In this document: positions 35,148 through 45,302 of the stretch, piece after piece
How positions within the stretch are numbered: position 1 is the stretch's first letter
Layout: each line of letters opens with the position of its first letter
From: Candidatus Omnitrophota bacterium
Lineage (GTDB): Bacteria > Omnitrophota > Gorgyraeia > Tantalellales > Tantalellaceae
Assembly: GCA_035403965.1 (NCBI GenBank)
Contig: DAONGE010000008.1
Span: forward strand, 1-59,091
Length of the DNA stretch: 59,091 nucleotides
Direction of reading: 5' to 3'
The notes under the pieces: model-generated
What the model was told of the DNA's origin: nothing
The model's database searches: none
What the model saw: the letters and a program-made list of their open reading frames with translations, nothing else
Position numbers and translations under genes: made by a program

Positions 35148-35176
35148 TTGATAAATTTTTACTAAAATTGTAAAAT
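35148..35176 (+). promoter_or_regulatory. Candidate promoter for the PEP-CTERM protein gene
   Basis: TTGATA (35148-35153), 17-nt spacer, TAAAAT (35171-35176). Confidence 0.5.
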
Positions 35177-35222
35177 AAATGCAAAGTTACATTGGTTCAG
35201 TTATTAAATCAAAGGAGTGATC

Positions 35223-35831
35223 ATGGTAAAAAGAATATTCGCACTGATAATGGTAAGTTTAGTTTTGGTTTCGGTTTCCGCGTTCGCTGAAGATAATATC
35301 GCGTTGAACGCGAGCGTTAAAGCGAACAGTATTTTTCAATCATATTTCGCGTCATTAGCGGTTGATGGGAATAAAGATTCCCAGTGGAGCGCGATATGGT
35401 GGGGGTCAAGTTCAAATCCATACTATCTTATGGTAGATCTTGGCAGTGTACAGAATCTTTCACATATCGATCTGTATGGGAAGGATACTTTAATGGGAAC
35501 GAGGCTCAGCTACATCAACTATAACCTTTACTATAGCACGGAGTCCAGCGCGTGGGACAGCAATCTTACGTCGGCATGGGGACTTATGACATCAGGATCT
35601 TTAAAGGATACTTCGAGCGATTATTGGGATAGTATCAATTTTGACGGGGCTGCTGCCAGATATCTGAAATTTGAGGTTACAGGCGGCACAGAGTTCGCAC
35701 ACTTGTATGAGTTGGAAGCGTATAAAGCACAAGGTGGGGTTGATATCCCTTCTACTCCTGAGCCGGTTTCATCCGTATTGTTCGGGATCGGTGCTGTGAT
35801 CTTTGGGATAAGAAGAAAATTCGCGAAATAA
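35223..35831 (+). CDS. Discoidin (F5/8 type C)-like domain protein with PEP-CTERM sorting signal
   Basis: AAGGAG precedes ATG 35223. There is a signal peptide. The segment NIALNASVKA..AVDGNKDSQWS..YLMVDLG..ARYLKFEV..LYELEAY is discoidin-like. C-terminus: PEP + VSSVLFGIGAVIFGI + RRKFAK. Confidence 0.7.
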   Translation: MVKRIFALIMVSLVLVSVSAFAEDNIALNASVKANSIFQSYFASLAVDGNKDSQWSAIWWGSSSNPYYLMVDLGSVQNLSHIDLYGKDTLMGTRLSYINYNLYYSTESSAWDSNLTSAWGLMTSGSLKDTSSDYWDSINFDGAAARYLKFEVTGGTEFAHLYELEAYKAQGGVDIPSTPEPVSSVLFGIGAVIFGIRRKFAK

Positions 35832-35850
35832 TTCGATCTGAATAAAAAAC

Positions 35851-35886
35851 AAAGGCCGGACATTATTGTCCGGCCTTTTTGTTTTT
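35851..35886 (+). terminator. Intrinsic terminator
   Basis: AAAGGCCGGACA / loop TTAT / TGTCCGGCCTTT, followed by TTGTTTTT. Confidence 0.8.
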
Positions 35887-35999
35887 ATGGACCGGGGCGT
35901 TGCTTAATTTTCAGTGGGATACTATACTAATATACGCTGAATTGGACGAAAAATTTCCGGCCGTGTTTTAAAATGACAAATCCAGGGAGAAGGTTCGCA

Positions 36000-36341
36000 A
36001 TGAAAAAAAATAATGAACGAGCTGGTGATAATAAAGGGAAGGCTATAAAACTGGCCGGATGTATCGGGTATTCAAAAGACTCGGTAATAAGCAAAACCCT
36101 TCTTGATAAAGGAACAGGTACTTTGACTTTATTTGCTTTTGATAAAGGGCAGGGCCTCAGTGAACATACCGCTCCGTTCGACGCTACGGTATTCGTGGCG
36201 GAGGGAGAGGCAAGTATCACGATCGGCGGAAAAAAGAAGATCGTTAAAAAAGGCGAACTAGTCATAATGCCGGCCGGTGTGACACATTCTTTAAAGGCCG
36301 AAAAGCGGTTCAAGATGATGCTGATCATGATAAGAAAATAA
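36000..36341 (+). CDS. Cupin domain protein
   Basis: GGGAGAAGG lies upstream of ATG 36000 (the ORF opens at 35973). Cupin strands LSEHTAPFDATVFVAEGEA and GELVIMPAGVTHSL. Confidence 0.65.
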   Translation: MKKNNERAGDNKGKAIKLAGCIGYSKDSVISKTLLDKGTGTLTLFAFDKGQGLSEHTAPFDATVFVAEGEASITIGGKKKIVKKGELVIMPAGVTHSLKAEKRFKMMLIMIRK

Positions 36342-36365
36342 CATTCGGGAAGACAGAAAGGCTAA

Positions 36366-37109
36366 ATGAAAAAATTATCGAATATAGGGGTTAAAATAAA
36401 CTCCAGGATCGGCAAAGCCATACACGATTACAAACTGATCGAAGAAGGCGATAAAATACTGGTGGGGGTCTCAGGCGGCAAGGATAGCCTTACACTGCTT
36501 AAATTTCTGAAAGATATACAGGGCTGGGCGCCGGTCAAATTTGATATTATCGCGTATCATGTGCTTACCGATATCCAGTCCGAGCCCGAAGAACATGAAA
36601 AATTCCTGCGGGAAGTTTTTGAAACTATCGGCGTTAAGTACAAAATAAAAAAAATAAAGATCCCCGACGATAAAAAAGTAAAGTCCGGATGCTTCTGGTG
36701 TGCGTGGAATAGGCGTAAAACCTTGTTCAAGGCCGCGGATAAATTAGGTTGCAACAAAGTAGCGCTCGGACACCATAAAGACGACATTGTTGAGACAATG
36801 CTTATGAACCTTTTTTATAACGGTGAGATATCGGCGATGAATCCCAGACAGGAACTTTTTGGAGGAGAGGTTATCATAATTCGTCCGCTTTGTTATGTTG
36901 AAGAGGAGATGACGGCGAAATTCTCGAAAGAGAACGGTTTTTACGGCCGGACATGCCAGTGCCGGCTTGCCGGTGACAGTAAACGCAAGTTCGTAAAGGA
37001 TCTGATACGCGAGGTGGAAAGATCAAACCCGAAGATAAACGTGAAATCCAATATTTTCAGAAGCGTCTCAAGGATACGCGAGGGATACATAGATCTTAAG
37101 AACGGTTGA
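36366..37109 (+). CDS. PP-loop ATPase of the TtcA (tRNA 2-thiocytidine) family
   Basis: PP-loop VGVSGGKDSLTLL; cysteine motifs CFWCAW and CQC, typical of Fe-S-dependent TtcA-like thiolases. Confidence 0.8.
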   Translation: MKKLSNIGVKINSRIGKAIHDYKLIEEGDKILVGVSGGKDSLTLLKFLKDIQGWAPVKFDIIAYHVLTDIQSEPEEHEKFLREVFETIGVKYKIKKIKIPDDKKVKSGCFWCAWNRRKTLFKAADKLGCNKVALGHHKDDIVETMLMNLFYNGEISAMNPRQELFGGEVIIIRPLCYVEEEMTAKFSKENGFYGRTCQCRLAGDSKRKFVKDLIREVERSNPKINVKSNIFRSVSRIREGYIDLKNG

Positions 37110-37132
37110 GGCTGGCAGGAGAAAGGGATAAT

Positions 37133-37492
37133 ATGAAAGTGATACCACTCAAAAAATGTGAGAAATTCATATCAGGGGACCACTGTGTTCTCCGCGAGAT
37201 GCTTCACCCCGATAAAATGAAGGCGGCGTTCAGGTATAGTTTGGCGCATGCCACACTTAAACCCGGGCTTGCGTCGACTCCGCACAAATTGCGTACGTCC
37301 GAGGTTTATTATATTGTTAACGGCAGGGGCCTTATGCATATTGATAAAGGATCCGCGAAAGTGAAAGCGGGGGATACGATATATATCCCGCCCCATTCGC
37401 GGCAATATATAAAGAACACCGGGAAGAAAACCCTGGAATTTTTGTGTATCGTGGATCCAGCATGGAGAGCGCAAGATGAAGAAGTATTCTAA
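37133..37492 (+). CDS. Cupin domain protein
   Basis: GGAGAAAGGG lies upstream of ATG 37133. Motifs SEVYYIVNGRG and GDTIYIPPHSRQYIKNTG. Confidence 0.65.
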   Translation: MKVIPLKKCEKFISGDHCVLREMLHPDKMKAAFRYSLAHATLKPGLASTPHKLRTSEVYYIVNGRGLMHIDKGSAKVKAGDTIYIPPHSRQYIKNTGKKTLEFLCIVDPAWRAQDEEVF

Positions 37493-38699
37493 GCCGGAAC
37501 TTGTTTCTCCCGCCGGAGATTGGAGCGCGATGCGCGGCGCGGTCGAGTCGGGCGCCGACAGCGTGTATTTCGGTGTAAAAGGCCTTAATATGCGCGCCTC
37601 AGCGTCTAATTTCGACGCGTTCGAGATGAAAAAGATCATGAAATATCTGCATGACGCCGGAAAAAAAGGATATCTCACGCTGAATGTCGTTGTTTTTGAC
37701 GATGAACTGCCTAAGATCAAAAAAATACTAAGGAACGCCGCTGACGCTAAAGTTGACGGAGTGGTCCTGTGGGATACGGCCGTTCTTAAACTTGCTTCAA
37801 GCCTTGGACTGAATGTTCATCTTTCGACGCAGGCGAGTGTGGCGAATTATGATGCCGTTAAATTTTATTCGTCACTTGGTGTGAAACGGATAGTGCTCGC
37901 GAGGGAGTGCTCTCTGGTGAAAATAAAGAATATCATAGATCGCATCAAAAAAGATAAGCTTAAATGCTCAGTCGAGGTTTTTATACACGGAGCGATGTGC
38001 GTAAGTATCTCGGGTCGATGTTTCATGTCGCAGGTCTCGTTCGGGAAATCGGCTAACCGGGGTGAATGTGTTCAACCGTGCCGCAGGGAATATACAATTA
38101 CGGACGAGCAGGACGGACTTAAATATGTGATCGGTAAAGATTATGTCCTAAGCCCGAACGATGTTTGCGCGGTCGGGATAATAGACGATCTTATAAAAAT
38201 CGGCGTCTCGGCTTTTAAAATAGAAGGAAGGACTCGAGCGCCGGAATACGTGAAAGTGGTCACGGCGGTTTACCGTGAAGCGATAGACGCTTTTTTTGAC
38301 GGACGGCTTGATCCAGATCTGAAGAAAAAATTATATGAACGCCTCGGCGAGGTGTATAACCGCGGGCTATCGTCCGGATTTTATCTTGGAGAGCCGGATG
38401 GACGGCGGAGTCGCGAACCCGAGAACATCTATGAGAAAGTTTATCTCGGCGAGGTAGTGACATTTTATAAAAAGATAGGTGTTGCCAGTGTTCGCTTGAA
38501 TAACGGTGGTTTAAAAATAGGTGACGAGATATTGATCTACGGGAATACGACCCCGGCGGGATTTATTAAAGTTGATGGTCTTGAGAAAGATCACACGAGC
38601 GTACGGTCCGCACAAAAAGGCCAGGAAGTTGCTATTAAGGTCCCGTTTGTGGCGCGTCCTCATGATAAAGTCTTCATTTGGCGCAATAAACTTTCATGA
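37476..38699 (+). CDS. Peptidase U32 family protein (RlhA/TrhP-type RNA hydroxylation factor family)
   Basis: N-terminal PELVSPAGDWSAMRGAVESGADSVYFG and a conserved Cys cluster (CVQPCRREY). Overlaps the cupin gene by 17 nt. Confidence 0.85.
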   Translation: MKKYSKPELVSPAGDWSAMRGAVESGADSVYFGVKGLNMRASASNFDAFEMKKIMKYLHDAGKKGYLTLNVVVFDDELPKIKKILRNAADAKVDGVVLWDTAVLKLASSLGLNVHLSTQASVANYDAVKFYSSLGVKRIVLARECSLVKIKNIIDRIKKDKLKCSVEVFIHGAMCVSISGRCFMSQVSFGKSANRGECVQPCRREYTITDEQDGLKYVIGKDYVLSPNDVCAVGIIDDLIKIGVSAFKIEGRTRAPEYVKVVTAVYREAIDAFFDGRLDPDLKKKLYERLGEVYNRGLSSGFYLGEPDGRRSREPENIYEKVYLGEVVTFYKKIGVASVRLNNGGLKIGDEILIYGNTTPAGFIKVDGLEKDHTSVRSAQKGQEVAIKVPFVARPHDKVFIWRNKLS

Positions 38700-38779
38700 T
38701 AGAATCCCGCGCTTCACTTTTTTGCCCTTGACTATTAAAAATAAATGCCTCATAATTAGCTAAATCTTGCGAGGTGAAT

Positions 38780-39625
38780 ATGTACAGAATCACAAAAAAG
38801 AAACAACTTAATCAGGATATCACTCTTATCGAGTTTGAGGCCCCTGATATCGCGCGGTCCGCGCACGCAGGGCAGTTCGTGATATTCTGCATCGACGAAT
38901 TCGGCGAAAGATTCCCACTTACTATCTATGACTATGACCGTTCACGCGGTACGGTCACCGTTGTGTGCCAGGCAATAGGCGTCAGCACAAAAAAACTTTG
39001 CACGATGAACGTAGGCGATAATATCAACGATGTTGTAGGGCCTTTGGGTCACGCGACAAAGACGAAAAATATCGGTAAAGTCATTTGTATCGGCGGTGGG
39101 GTTGGGACGGCCGAGGCGTATCCGATAGCTAAAGCGCTGAAGGAAGACGGTAACGATGTGACGGTCATCATCGGCGCGCGCAATAAGGAACTTGTGATAT
39201 GCGAGGACGAGATACGAGGCTTCTGTGACAAGGTATTCATTACTACAGACGACGGTTCGCACGGGCGCAAAGGGTTTGTTACTGACGTTCTTAAAGAATT
39301 GATAGAAAAAGACAGATACGATCTTGTTTTTGCCATCGGTCCGATCATAATGATGAAGATGGTATCCGTGATGACCAAGGCCAAAGGTGTCCGTACGATG
39401 GTTTCGCTCAATTCCATAATGATAGACGGGACGGGAATGTGCGGCGGGTGCCGCGTACAGTATGACAACCAGACGAAGTTTTGTTGTGTCGACGGTCCGG
39501 AATTTGACGGGCATCTTGTCGATTTCGACGAGCTTATGGTAAGGCAGGCCCGTTATAAGGATAAGGAAAAACTTGCGTTGGAAAGATATGGCGAAAAATG
39601 CAGAATAGGACTAGGCCGTGGATAA
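38780..39625 (+). CDS. nfnA: FAD/NAD(P)-binding, [2Fe-2S] subunit of NfnAB-type or GltD-type oxidoreductase
   Basis: Dihydroorotate-dehydrogenase-electron-transfer-like fold with a C-terminal GMCGGCRV...CCVDGPEFDG cluster motif. Directly followed by its partner gene, which overlaps it. Confidence 0.75.
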   Translation: MYRITKKKQLNQDITLIEFEAPDIARSAHAGQFVIFCIDEFGERFPLTIYDYDRSRGTVTVVCQAIGVSTKKLCTMNVGDNINDVVGPLGHATKTKNIGKVICIGGGVGTAEAYPIAKALKEDGNDVTVIIGARNKELVICEDEIRGFCDKVFITTDDGSHGRKGFVTDVLKELIEKDRYDLVFAIGPIIMMKMVSVMTKAKGVRTMVSLNSIMIDGTGMCGGCRVQYDNQTKFCCVDGPEFDGHLVDFDELMVRQARYKDKEKLALERYGEKCRIGLGRG

Positions 39626-41021
39626 TAACGAAAAATTTACGCATGTCAGGATGAGAGAACAAGCTCCGGAAGAAAGAAGAAAGAACTTCAAGGAAGTCCC
39701 TTACGGATACAGCGAAGAAGAGGCTTTGAAAGAAGCGGCTCGTTGTCTCGGATGTAAAAAGCCTCCGTGCGTGGCCGGATGTCCCGCGGAAGTTGATATC
39801 CCCACTTTCATAAAAGCCATAAAAGAAAAACGGTTCAAGGATGCAGTCAATGTCATAAAAAACACAAATACGCTTCCCGCGGTTTGCGGCCGTGTATGCC
39901 CGCAGGAGGATCAGTGCGAAAAGAACTGCGTGCTCCAAAAAACCGGTAAAGGGCCCGTAAAGATCGGGAACCTTGAAAGGTTCGCGGCTGATACGGACAG
40001 GGCGAACGCCGACAATGGATCCGGTTCTGTAGCAACGATCGCGCGGCACGGGAAAAAAGTCGCTGTGATCGGCGCCGGGCCTTCAGGCCTTACATGCGCT
40101 TCGGATCTGGCCAAAAAAGGATACAGGGTCACGTTGTTCGAAGCATTGCATCGTCCGGGCGGGGTGCTTGTTTACGGTATTCCGGAATTCAGGCTTCCGA
40201 AAGACATAGTTTATAAAGAAGTCGATGAGATAAAAAAACTCGGCGTGGAACTTAAAATGAATTTTGTCGTAGGAAAAACGAGTACGCTCGATGATCTCAG
40301 GAAAGAGGGCTTTGAGGCGTTTTTTATCGGCACGGGAGCCGGACTTCCGTGGTTCATGGGGATAGAAGGCGAGAATCTCAGCGGCGTTTATTCGGCCAAT
40401 GAATTTCTTACCAGGGTCAATCTTATGAAGGCATACCGTTTCCCCGAGTATGATACGCCTGTTACGGTCGGGAAAAGAGTAGCGGTTGTCGGGGCCGGTA
40501 ACGTGGCGATGGATTCGGCGCGTTGCGCGTTGAGGCTCGGCGCGGAAAAGGTATATATCGTTTATCGCCGCACAGAAGCGGAAATGCCGGCCAGGATAGA
40601 TGAGATACATCATGCCAAGCAGGAAGGTGTGGAATTACATCTTCTTACGAATCCGGTAAAAATACTCGGAGACGAGAAGGGGAATATAAAAAGTCTGGTG
40701 TGTATAAAAAATAAACTTGGAGAGCCGGATTCAAGCGGACGTCCGAGACCAGTACCGATAGAAGGTTCGGAGTTTGAAATGCCGGTTGAAACTGTGATAA
40801 TGGCTATTGGGAACGGACCCAATCCGCTTCTTATCGCCAGCATACAGGGGTTGACGACAAATAAACGCGGAAATATCACGGCGGACGATAAGGGGCATAC
40901 GAATATCCCGGATGTATTCGCCGGTGGGGATATCGTTACCGGAGCGGCGACTGTTATTGCGGCCATGGGGGCCGGGAAAGTCGCGGCTCGCGCGATGGAC
41001 GAATATTTGTCCTCGAAATAA
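39618..41021 (+). CDS. nfnB: NADPH-dependent glutamate-synthase-small-chain-like oxidoreductase (NfnB-type)
   Basis: Motifs CLGCKKPPCVAGCPAEVDIP and CGRVCPQEDQCE, the dinucleotide fold VAVIGAGPSGLTCA, and VFAGGD. Confidence 0.8.
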   Translation: MDNNEKFTHVRMREQAPEERRKNFKEVPYGYSEEEALKEAARCLGCKKPPCVAGCPAEVDIPTFIKAIKEKRFKDAVNVIKNTNTLPAVCGRVCPQEDQCEKNCVLQKTGKGPVKIGNLERFAADTDRANADNGSGSVATIARHGKKVAVIGAGPSGLTCASDLAKKGYRVTLFEALHRPGGVLVYGIPEFRLPKDIVYKEVDEIKKLGVELKMNFVVGKTSTLDDLRKEGFEAFFIGTGAGLPWFMGIEGENLSGVYSANEFLTRVNLMKAYRFPEYDTPVTVGKRVAVVGAGNVAMDSARCALRLGAEKVYIVYRRTEAEMPARIDEIHHAKQEGVELHLLTNPVKILGDEKGNIKSLVCIKNKLGEPDSSGRPRPVPIEGSEFEMPVETVIMAIGNGPNPLLIASIQGLTTNKRGNITADDKGHTNIPDVFAGGDIVTGAATVIAAMGAGKVAARAMDEYLSSK

Positions 41022-41112
41022 TGTTTAGATGTTTTATCTTGACTTATGGTTTTGCGTAAGAAATAATGATTAGGCGGATACAAAGAAGTATCCTTGTAAC
41101 TCAAGAGACAAA

Positions 41113-41156
41113 GGCGTTCTCTTCCTTATATTTTAGGAGGGGAGCGTCTTTTTTTT
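41113..41156 (+). terminator. Intrinsic terminator downstream of the nfnAB-like operon
   Basis: GGCGTTCTCTTCCT (41113-41126) pairs with AGGAGGGGAGCGTC (41135-41148), including four G-U pairs. A run of eight T follows (41149-41156). Confidence 0.65.
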
Positions 41157-41230
41157 GTGAGGTATGTGACTAAAAAATAGACATTTAATGTTCACGCGAT
41201 TCGCACTTTCAGCTATTGATAGTGCCGTGA

Positions 41231-42643
<1,413 letters not shown>

Positions 42644-42668
42644 TAGCGCCGGTAAGGTTGGTCAAAAA

Positions 42669-42702
42669 GGGCGGGGTGTGTAAAACATCCCGCCCTTTTT
42701 TT
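42669..42702 (+). terminator. Intrinsic terminator of gdhA
   Basis: GGGCGGGGTGT / loop GTAAA / ACATCCCGCCC, followed by seven T. Confidence 0.8.
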
Positions 42703-42787
42703 GATTATTCGCGATCCTTCAGTTTAATTGCACTGCATATTATCTGGTGAAACGAGAAGTTTTGTTGTTCAGACGATTCCCTTTTTT

Positions 42788-42940
42788 GGAGAATTTTCTG
42801 ACTATTTTGGCGCCTGCGGAACTCGCTTTAACGGGTCATTCGTTCTTTATCGGAACGTATGCCCCGTTAAAGCTCAAACAGTCCTCGGCGGCTTTGTCAT
42901 TTGTATTCCAAACCTTCCCAAAATAGTCATAAAATTCTCC
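42788..42940. repeat. MITE-like 153-bp inverted-repeat element, complete copy
   Basis: Ends GGAGAATTTTCTGACTATTTTGG (left) and CCAAAATAGTCATAAAATTCTCC (right). The central hairpin at 42830-42868 shows compensatory changes relative to copy 1. Similarity to copy 1 continues about 40 nt beyond the right end, up to TTTCGCCAGGT. Confidence 0.8.
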
Positions 42941-43080
42941 GGGGAATCGTGTTCACTCCAAAACTTCTCGTTTCGCCAGGTACTGAAAAATTACAAATTG
43001 CTTTGCGTGAAGACAATTCTATACCGTATACACATAGTGTTTAGCGGATTAGGAATGATGGCATTCGGAATATTTTTTTC

Positions 43081-43108
43081 TTGTATTGCATGAAAAAGTT
43101 GGTAGAAT
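43081..43108 (+). promoter_or_regulatory. Candidate promoter (extended -10) for fba
   Basis: TTGTAT (43081-43086), 16-nt spacer, TGgTAGAAT (43100-43108). Confidence 0.5.
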
Positions 43109-43166
43109 AAATGTCTCAAAGAGAATGGCGCTTTTCTAAAACAAATTCAAAAGGAAGGGTGAGATC

Positions 43167-44138
43167 ATGGTTTCGTATAAAGAGTTGGGTTTAGTAAACA
43201 CACGCGAGATGTTCGCCAAGGCTATGAAGGGTAAATACGCTATTCCAGCGTACAATTTTAACAATATGGAACAATTGCAGGCTATAGTCACGGCCTGTAT
43301 CGAAACGAAGTCTCCGTTCATACTGCAGGTGTCAAGCGGGGCGAGGAAATACGCCAATCAGATACTGCTAAGGCATATGGCTAAGGGCGCTATGGAAATA
43401 ATTAAGGACGCGGGTGTTAGCATCCCGGTCGCTCTTCACCTTGACCATGGCGATACGTATGAATTGTGCGTTTCATGTATTGAAAGCGGTTTTTCTTCCG
43501 TTATGATAGATGGTTCGGCTCACAAATACGCGGATAACGTGATACTTACGAAAAAGGTCGTTGAGTACGCGCATAAACACGATGTCACTGTTGAGGGAGA
43601 GCTCGGGGTTCTTGCGGGGATAGAGGACGAAGTGAGTCATGAGCAGACACACTACACGAAGCCCGAGGAAGTTGAGGACTTTGTCAAGAAAACAGGGGTA
43701 GACAGCTTGGCGATATCGATCGGGACATCACACGGCGCGTACAAGTTCAAGATAAAACCGGGAGAGTCGGTTCCGCCTCTCAGATTCGATATATTGGAAG
43801 AATGCGAGAAAAGGATACCGGGTTTTCCGATAGTTCTTCATGGCGCGAGTTCAGTAATGCCGGAATACGTGGAAATGATCAATAAATACGGCGGCAAAAT
43901 GGATAACGCGGTTGGCGTGCCTGAGGAACAGCTTAGAAAGGCCGCGGCTTCCGCCGTGTGTAAGATAAATATAGACAGCGATGGACGGCTTGCCATGACG
44001 GCTAAGATACGCGAAGTATTCGCGACTAAACCGGGCGAGTTCGATCCGCGTAAGTATTTAGGACCTGCACGTGAAGAGCTTGTTAAAATGTACAAGCATA
44101 AAAATGAGCATGTACTTGGCAGCGCCGGGAAAGCATAA
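43167..44138 (+). CDS. fba: Class II fructose-1,6-bisphosphate aldolase
   Basis: Motifs IPAYNFNNMEQLQAIV, ALHLDHGD and VLHGASS; 323 aa. Confidence 0.9.
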   Translation: MVSYKELGLVNTREMFAKAMKGKYAIPAYNFNNMEQLQAIVTACIETKSPFILQVSSGARKYANQILLRHMAKGAMEIIKDAGVSIPVALHLDHGDTYELCVSCIESGFSSVMIDGSAHKYADNVILTKKVVEYAHKHDVTVEGELGVLAGIEDEVSHEQTHYTKPEEVEDFVKKTGVDSLAISIGTSHGAYKFKIKPGESVPPLRFDILEECEKRIPGFPIVLHGASSVMPEYVEMINKYGGKMDNAVGVPEEQLRKAAASAVCKINIDSDGRLAMTAKIREVFATKPGEFDPRKYLGPAREELVKMYKHKNEHVLGSAGKA

Positions 44139-44158
44139 TAGAAAAGAGAGTTGATTAG

Positions 44159-44197
44159 ACGGGGCAGGCTTTGATAAACGGCTTGCCCCGTTTTTTT
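44159..44197 (+). terminator. Intrinsic terminator of fba
   Basis: ACGGGGCAGGC ... GCTTGCCCCGT stem, followed by seven T. Confidence 0.8.
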
Positions 44198-44223
44198 ATG
44201 AAGAAAGCAAAAAGGGGACGGAT

Positions 44224-45294
44224 ATGAAAGATATGATATTTTTCGGGATAAGTGTAGCGCCGATCGTTTATCTGCCGGTAGCGTATGTGTTGTGGGTCGC
44301 AGTGCTTCTTTTGGCCAAAAAATTATTTTATATTAAAATAAGGAATCTTGCTGCGCATACGGCTACAAAGATGGATGATATCTTTCTTGAGGCGTTGAAT
44401 ATGCCGCTTATACTTTTCATATTAGCCAGTGGTGTTTTTGTGTTGCAGAATACCTTTGGCGCGACTATGCCGTCCGATATTCTCAATATGGTCAATGTAA
44501 CGTTTAAAGCTATAGTGATCGTGGCTCTTGTCATGTTCTTTGAGAAATTCCTGAACGGGCTTGTCTCAAATTATTTTCTTGCCATACACGCTCTGCAGGG
44601 GTCGCTCGGAATGATCAAGCTGGTTATACGGATACTTGTGGTAGGAATAGGTTTTCTTATTTTGTTGGATAATTTCGGGGTCTCTATCGCGCCGATATTG
44701 GCTTCTCTCGGTATAGGATCTTTGGCGGTAGCGCTGGCGTTACAACCGACGCTTGAAAATTTTTTTTCAGGCATACAACTTATAATAGATAAACCGATAT
44801 CGATCGGGCAGTTTATCAAACTTGAGTCCGGCGAAGAAGGGATAGTAGAGAATATCAGCTGGCGCTCGACCTGGGTAAGAACCCTTTCAAATAACATTAT
44901 AGTGTTGCCGAATAAGGCCCTTGTCAATTCGCGCATAATGAATTATCACTATCCGGAAAAAGAGATGGCTGTTGTCGTGAAGGTAGGTGTGGATTACGGC
45001 TCGGATCTTTCTTTTGTCGAAAAGGTTACGCTTGAGGTGGCGAAGGATGCCATGCAGGCCGCTAAGGGCGCGGTCCGTAGCTTTGATCCGGTAATTAGAT
45101 TCCATACCTTGAACGATTCCAGTATAGATCTTAACGTTGTCATGCGTGTTAAAGAATTCACCGATATGTCAGAACTTAAACATGAGTTCATAAAACGTCT
45201 GCATATCAGATATAAAAAGGAGGGTATCGTTATACCTTTCCCGATGCGTATGATAGCTTATGCTAAGGATATGGATAGGTCCGGGCGTGTCTAA
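44224..45294 (+). CDS. Mechanosensitive ion channel (MscS) family protein
   Basis: Multiple N-terminal TM helices. The pore-helix/beta-domain segment GIGSLAVALALQPTLENFFSGIQLIIDKPISIGQFI is typical of MscS. Confidence 0.8.
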   Translation: MKDMIFFGISVAPIVYLPVAYVLWVAVLLLAKKLFYIKIRNLAAHTATKMDDIFLEALNMPLILFILASGVFVLQNTFGATMPSDILNMVNVTFKAIVIVALVMFFEKFLNGLVSNYFLAIHALQGSLGMIKLVIRILVVGIGFLILLDNFGVSIAPILASLGIGSLAVALALQPTLENFFSGIQLIIDKPISIGQFIKLESGEEGIVENISWRSTWVRTLSNNIIVLPNKALVNSRIMNYHYPEKEMAVVVKVGVDYGSDLSFVEKVTLEVAKDAMQAAKGAVRSFDPVIRFHTLNDSSIDLNVVMRVKEFTDMSELKHEFIKRLHIRYKKEGIVIPFPMRMIAYAKDMDRSGRV

Positions 45295-45302
45295 TCGGTG
45301 TT

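Noticed and set aside
41038-41156. Possible promoter (TTGACT-17-AATAAT) plus hairpins upstream of gdhA, considered as a glutamine or other nitrogen riboswitch
   Set aside because: The sequence does not resemble the glnA/glutamine-II motifs as I recall them. The terminal hairpin plus eight T is more simply the terminator of the upstream nfnAB-like operon, and gdhA starts a further 100 nt downstream.
42728-43093. 121-aa + strand ORF between gdhA and fba
   Set aside because: It spans the complete MITE-like copy and starts inside the gdhA terminator flank. The palindromic DNA gives similar 'peptides' on both strands.
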